A stretch of 64,000 nucleotides of DNA. Origin: a virus. Under the pieces are notes generated by a model. That model worked only from the letters and a program-made list of their open reading frames with translations, did no database searches and had not been told where the DNA came from. Positions 62,801-64,000 of this stretch are shown piece after piece. The translations under genes were made by a program, and so were the position numbers. The stretch spans positions 5,558 to 69,557 of the IMG/VR virus record IMGVR_UViG_3300042402_003062, one strand, 5' to 3'. Within the stretch, counting starts at the first letter, position 1. The number at the start of each line of letters is the position of its first letter.

Positions 62801-63970
62801 AATAGAAAGAGCTCGGTCAGCTAGCAAAATACTTGCTAACTTAGGAAGGTCTATCTCTCCTCCATTATTTTCTTTGTACGCTGTAATATGTTCATTTGCT
62901 CTATTAGCAAAATCTGCATTACTGAAGGTTGTTCCTTTTAGATAATGCGCCATTCGTACTGCAGGAGTTTGCATAGCCTCAAGCTTAGCGAGTCGTTCCG
63001 CCTTTACAGCAGGACTTAAGCTGCTTCTTTGCACTTGTATCATCATGTCATCAATTTTAGTATTCGTGCTTTTTAATGCTCCATTGATTGCACTTTCAGC
63101 AGCAGGTGCACTTTTCGCAAAAGTTCGTCCAGCAACTTGAGCTGCTACTTTTGTACCAATTTTTGTTACAGCTCCTAAACCTCCACCAGCACCAGCTATC
63201 TCAGCCATTCCATGCGCTATTAGGGACGGGTTTTTTGCCATTGTCAGCAAAGAATCTTGTCCGTCTTCAGTAGTAAATAATTTGTGCCATGTGGTTAGGT
63301 CTAGCAATTTTACTCCAGCATCAGTAATGCCTTGTTCAACACGTTTTTGATCGGCAGCATCAGCAGATGCGTTGTACCCAAATATGGTATCAGTACCACT
63401 AATTATTTGCTCTTTTAACTTATCATCAAACAAGTCAATATCAACTTTTTTACCAGTAATTTTATTATACGCTACCTGTGGAACATACGTAGCAAGCTCT
63501 TGGGCTGCATCAACTAACTTTACAGCTCCACCAACTGCACCACTTGCTGCTCCAGATAGTGTTTGCTGTATTTCATCAGCGGCTCTGCTGAGGAACCCAG
63601 GGTCATACTTATTGTTCTTTGGAGCGTCTTTGATCATTTTCATCATTGCTTTATTAGCAGGCTTACCAACTTCAGATACACCCAAGTATGATGTAGCATC
63701 ACCACCTTTATAGACCTCAGTACCTCGGAGCATTCCTTTTGGCTGTACTAAGTATGCTCTGTTTTTCAATGCATCTACATTACCATGTAGCGCCGCTTCA
63801 ACAGCAATTGCGTCATCTTTAAGTAGGTACATTGCCATCAGATTTGGGTCTCTGGTAGGATCCATTTGAACCTTACCTTTTTCCGTAGCAGTTTTACCAA
63901 AGTGCTTATAATTCTGTTTTACCACATCTACAGCACTAGCACCATCTCCGTAGTTGGACACATACCCCAT
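56843..63970 (-). CDS. virion-encapsidated RNA polymerase, N4 vRNAP-like (part A)
   Basis: TLSGR...NPQ, motif A EGDGITNG, motif B RNFMKNPVMIFIYGAG, motif C IYDA. 2375 aa; the only Cys is the last residue. Confidence 0.9.
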   Translation of the reverse strand: MGYVSNYGDGASAVDVVKQNYKHFGKTATEKGKVQMDPTRDPNLMAMYLLKDDAIAVEAALHGNVDALKNRAYLVQPKGMLRGTEVYKGGDATSYLGVSEVGKPANKAMMKMIKDAPKNNKYDPGFLSRAADEIQQTLSGAASGAVGGAVKLVDAAQELATYVPQVAYNKITGKKVDIDLFDDKLKEQIISGTDTIFGYNASADAADQKRVEQGITDAGVKLLDLTTWHKLFTTEDGQDSLLTMAKNPSLIAHGMAEIAGAGGGLGAVTKIGTKVAAQVAGRTFAKSAPAAESAINGALKSTNTKIDDMMIQVQRSSLSPAVKAERLAKLEAMQTPAVRMAHYLKGTTFSNADFANRANEHITAYKENNGGEIDLPKLASILLADRALSIAEIYSAKRVAFGPNALPKEEIARGFMTAVGLTGAEMAKSMGVESLQEGTDAIFNVINTKYGSDKYKDMTIKQLLDAESSAIIGGTLLGAAGGGYMASPRAVGTLLAPAGQYLKEKIALNSAATSDPDMVQKPLGMDGKANMWASVGSPDFSVGTDPKSREVYGETIAEFVIDLVFSPEARVKYGYMGKETDALTGKKNVEDIFRDGTNKIAQVYGLTPEAKQVAEYMLIKKIVNYSKAHNLDVGGNKFTPEQRKEINAQMVEVAKGNRAAELAFVESQKEEIKAMFDSMASNDRAKEFLAKYNMDPVVENSLMAKIATLSEEQYSSLVEAIKDIKVMGSAESGIATKLGAIESALEAMRAEGNRLGSSEGAPPTGPQKRKKTAADVTAEIAKTGFLLDSGEYKKSIPEHAEAIETFVGTGMPLADETKAIEDLQEFVAHRGIEKVLGYSVDEKGTKNLFRLAGIKGRLVDKMYENAQLLDIINAKLATLEDGNALKSVFEAMAEKLWSSQLAHESMLDRANSKDPVVRRSVYHELQKTRGNNLSPEVIDAMLDERTDWDTSRAPTIEDNTPDAMYDAEGNLLVVKETPKKQPKKPKLPVSNVVPAAPVSPVNTTPAFKTSDEGQSEYKLAKEGAEPEYEEPTLPTQAEINDSTDSEAVKKAKRYVIWLENKLSETEALIQSKKSKLPVLFKLQGEYYRAIKEARTKLHAVNIRLAKEEFRANRLDWRSGVELEFKKLLGQVRNTIRSLKGVVTKLYKQIVKLEDAATETMEEIDNLRVQIMELGSIIRKTEQAKVEAIQAVKKAKKQQKIDEAKEVRGPMEEVLGDFVEPNNKLTQSLSAMLGLKQDIGIDAVMDIMPNMLKVKESGKIMVESALRSFKKFAEARTAEGFAQWFPKQKDGDNTNPLRDIKIGGVALENLWEIEPKELTDPAYKVLKDGVRATVKTAMNLASAVTLKEMIDMRVTTNDLMNDIVDNGFTTLWGEFDDELNIRVGKTAVKKAVRGGKYVPEAVFRANAGRLLLRELELKLSKKLTVQQRPDIEMALGVLVINNILPKRAKDVDTVRRGVVFVKNDKLVYEHIAVKDEDVSKSKSIRVMNLETLSKDYMREVGEMGTVFEFATAREEGDISLTPIAKKKADATIRNSDVPLATPAKNYLDRQGEQSWEFVGLEEYIHAAQNMSTTEDGSDYVEIIKEQLLGSLEELIASTQAMDMESKLAKYKAEELIIERMLQAHALVGDGQKFYLGWDYTLSGRSMMTNKLVNPQASGISRFLVAAEDMMNTIDTKEVTQAELEHIELAIAQAMGIGIDKLKPESALTELRNKYVHIVKGPEGLTLKWGKNERLQGLVNDAEFNLGSVREMNGVLFENTDPSAVSQLHDDSKTLLHVVQAVELLRKIRAGDETIITNLALEGDGITNGMAFTLMQMGWTKFTEGMLGRAGVYGGDSNIASHGEFKENKGKDIYEAPLKILNTLLDKKAHAQIDDVIGGAWRNFMKNPVMIFIYGAGLKNITEAMAQSLIVGNSYIPGGLARGKLETLLEISGLKDIKPTYVKYAIKDGELISTKLNEDELNDDEKKLYAYLSEYQVGLLTKAIDEKLGDLFAESFKSTFGPVIEFRKALQTVEEVNYTIFKMNFNKKVKDKLAGRETSVKGVMGELTIAELTDIKSEMLSEGTYYATEAAIEGGLVDYWKTENKEGESNQISVTINTSTFQSGTGYSRNYNQAIKELVANVGAIGVTTVHAADGSVMITGHVMAVLNIYDALMMGTDLTKNTKQLQKMNESFYDINMTHSMLGKAVEKMEFMLGKREGLEMDPEMASQVLGDLERILGPVEEGESVLDLVGDVIHTLRSIDTARRDLVEQELVVNQYAAAGDIKGYEAKGKTTEELVDKRYAVFAEEGADTAVLEGLEWLVDSVRAGIVQEVATEAPVKQDGAKMAKEIRALAIDLFTSGDKGPRKIMEQVASEMTGTTIGKTLFKDMFENLKEGC

Positions 63971-64000
63971 TTTAGTATTACCGTCTTGTGCTTTACCGGA

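Noticed and set aside
56901-63713. Plus-strand ORFs up to 204 aa opposite the vRNAP gene (and similar antisense ORFs such as 37118-37834)
   Set aside because: Antisense shadows of long coding frames, with no recognisable motifs.
50441-63970. Stop-codon reassignment or sequencing errors making one 4509-aa protein
   Set aside because: Both breaks are TAA, the commonest stop codon here. Each is followed directly by ATG with a GAAGG RBS in the same context, which errors would not reproduce. TAG and TGA also end genes normally elsewhere.
1-64000. Canonical tRNA or rRNA genes, integrase
   Set aside because: No complete cloverleaf with a GTTCRA loop, no rRNA and no recombinase motifs were seen by eye. 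tRNAscan-SE would be needed to be sure.

Overview
This window is about 64 kb of an N4-like (Schitoviridae-type) lytic phage genome. The host is probably in the Campylobacterota, inferred from AAGGA ribosome-binding sites, TTAAG-N11-TAYAAT promoters and a Campylobacter-type ThyX. The minus strand at 1-4.1 kb carries late packaging genes (gp67-like adaptor, large terminase, gp69-like). A strand switch near 4.2 kb is the probable genome end. The plus strand from 4.4 to 50.4 kb holds early and middle genes: a single-chain T7-like RNA polymerase, many small ORFs, ThyX, a structured non-coding cluster, an AAA/vWA pair, helicases, a family A DNA polymerase split by a group I intron with an HNH endonuclease, primase, SSB, ligase, HU, NrdAB, ClpP, PhoH and a MazG-like enzyme. 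The minus strand from 50.4 to 64 kb carries the virion RNA polymerase locus. The main finding is that this locus is split into three in-frame ORFs (2375, 877 and 1255 aa) joined by near-identical KEGC-stop-M(A/E)C junctions. By my reading, the only four cysteines in 4507 residues sit at those junctions, which suggests a head-to-tail disulfide-linked ejection chain. The middle ORF looks like a swappable counter-defence payload (NADAR, zincin and 2H phosphoesterase domains). All family assignments come from motif recognition by eye; no searches were run.
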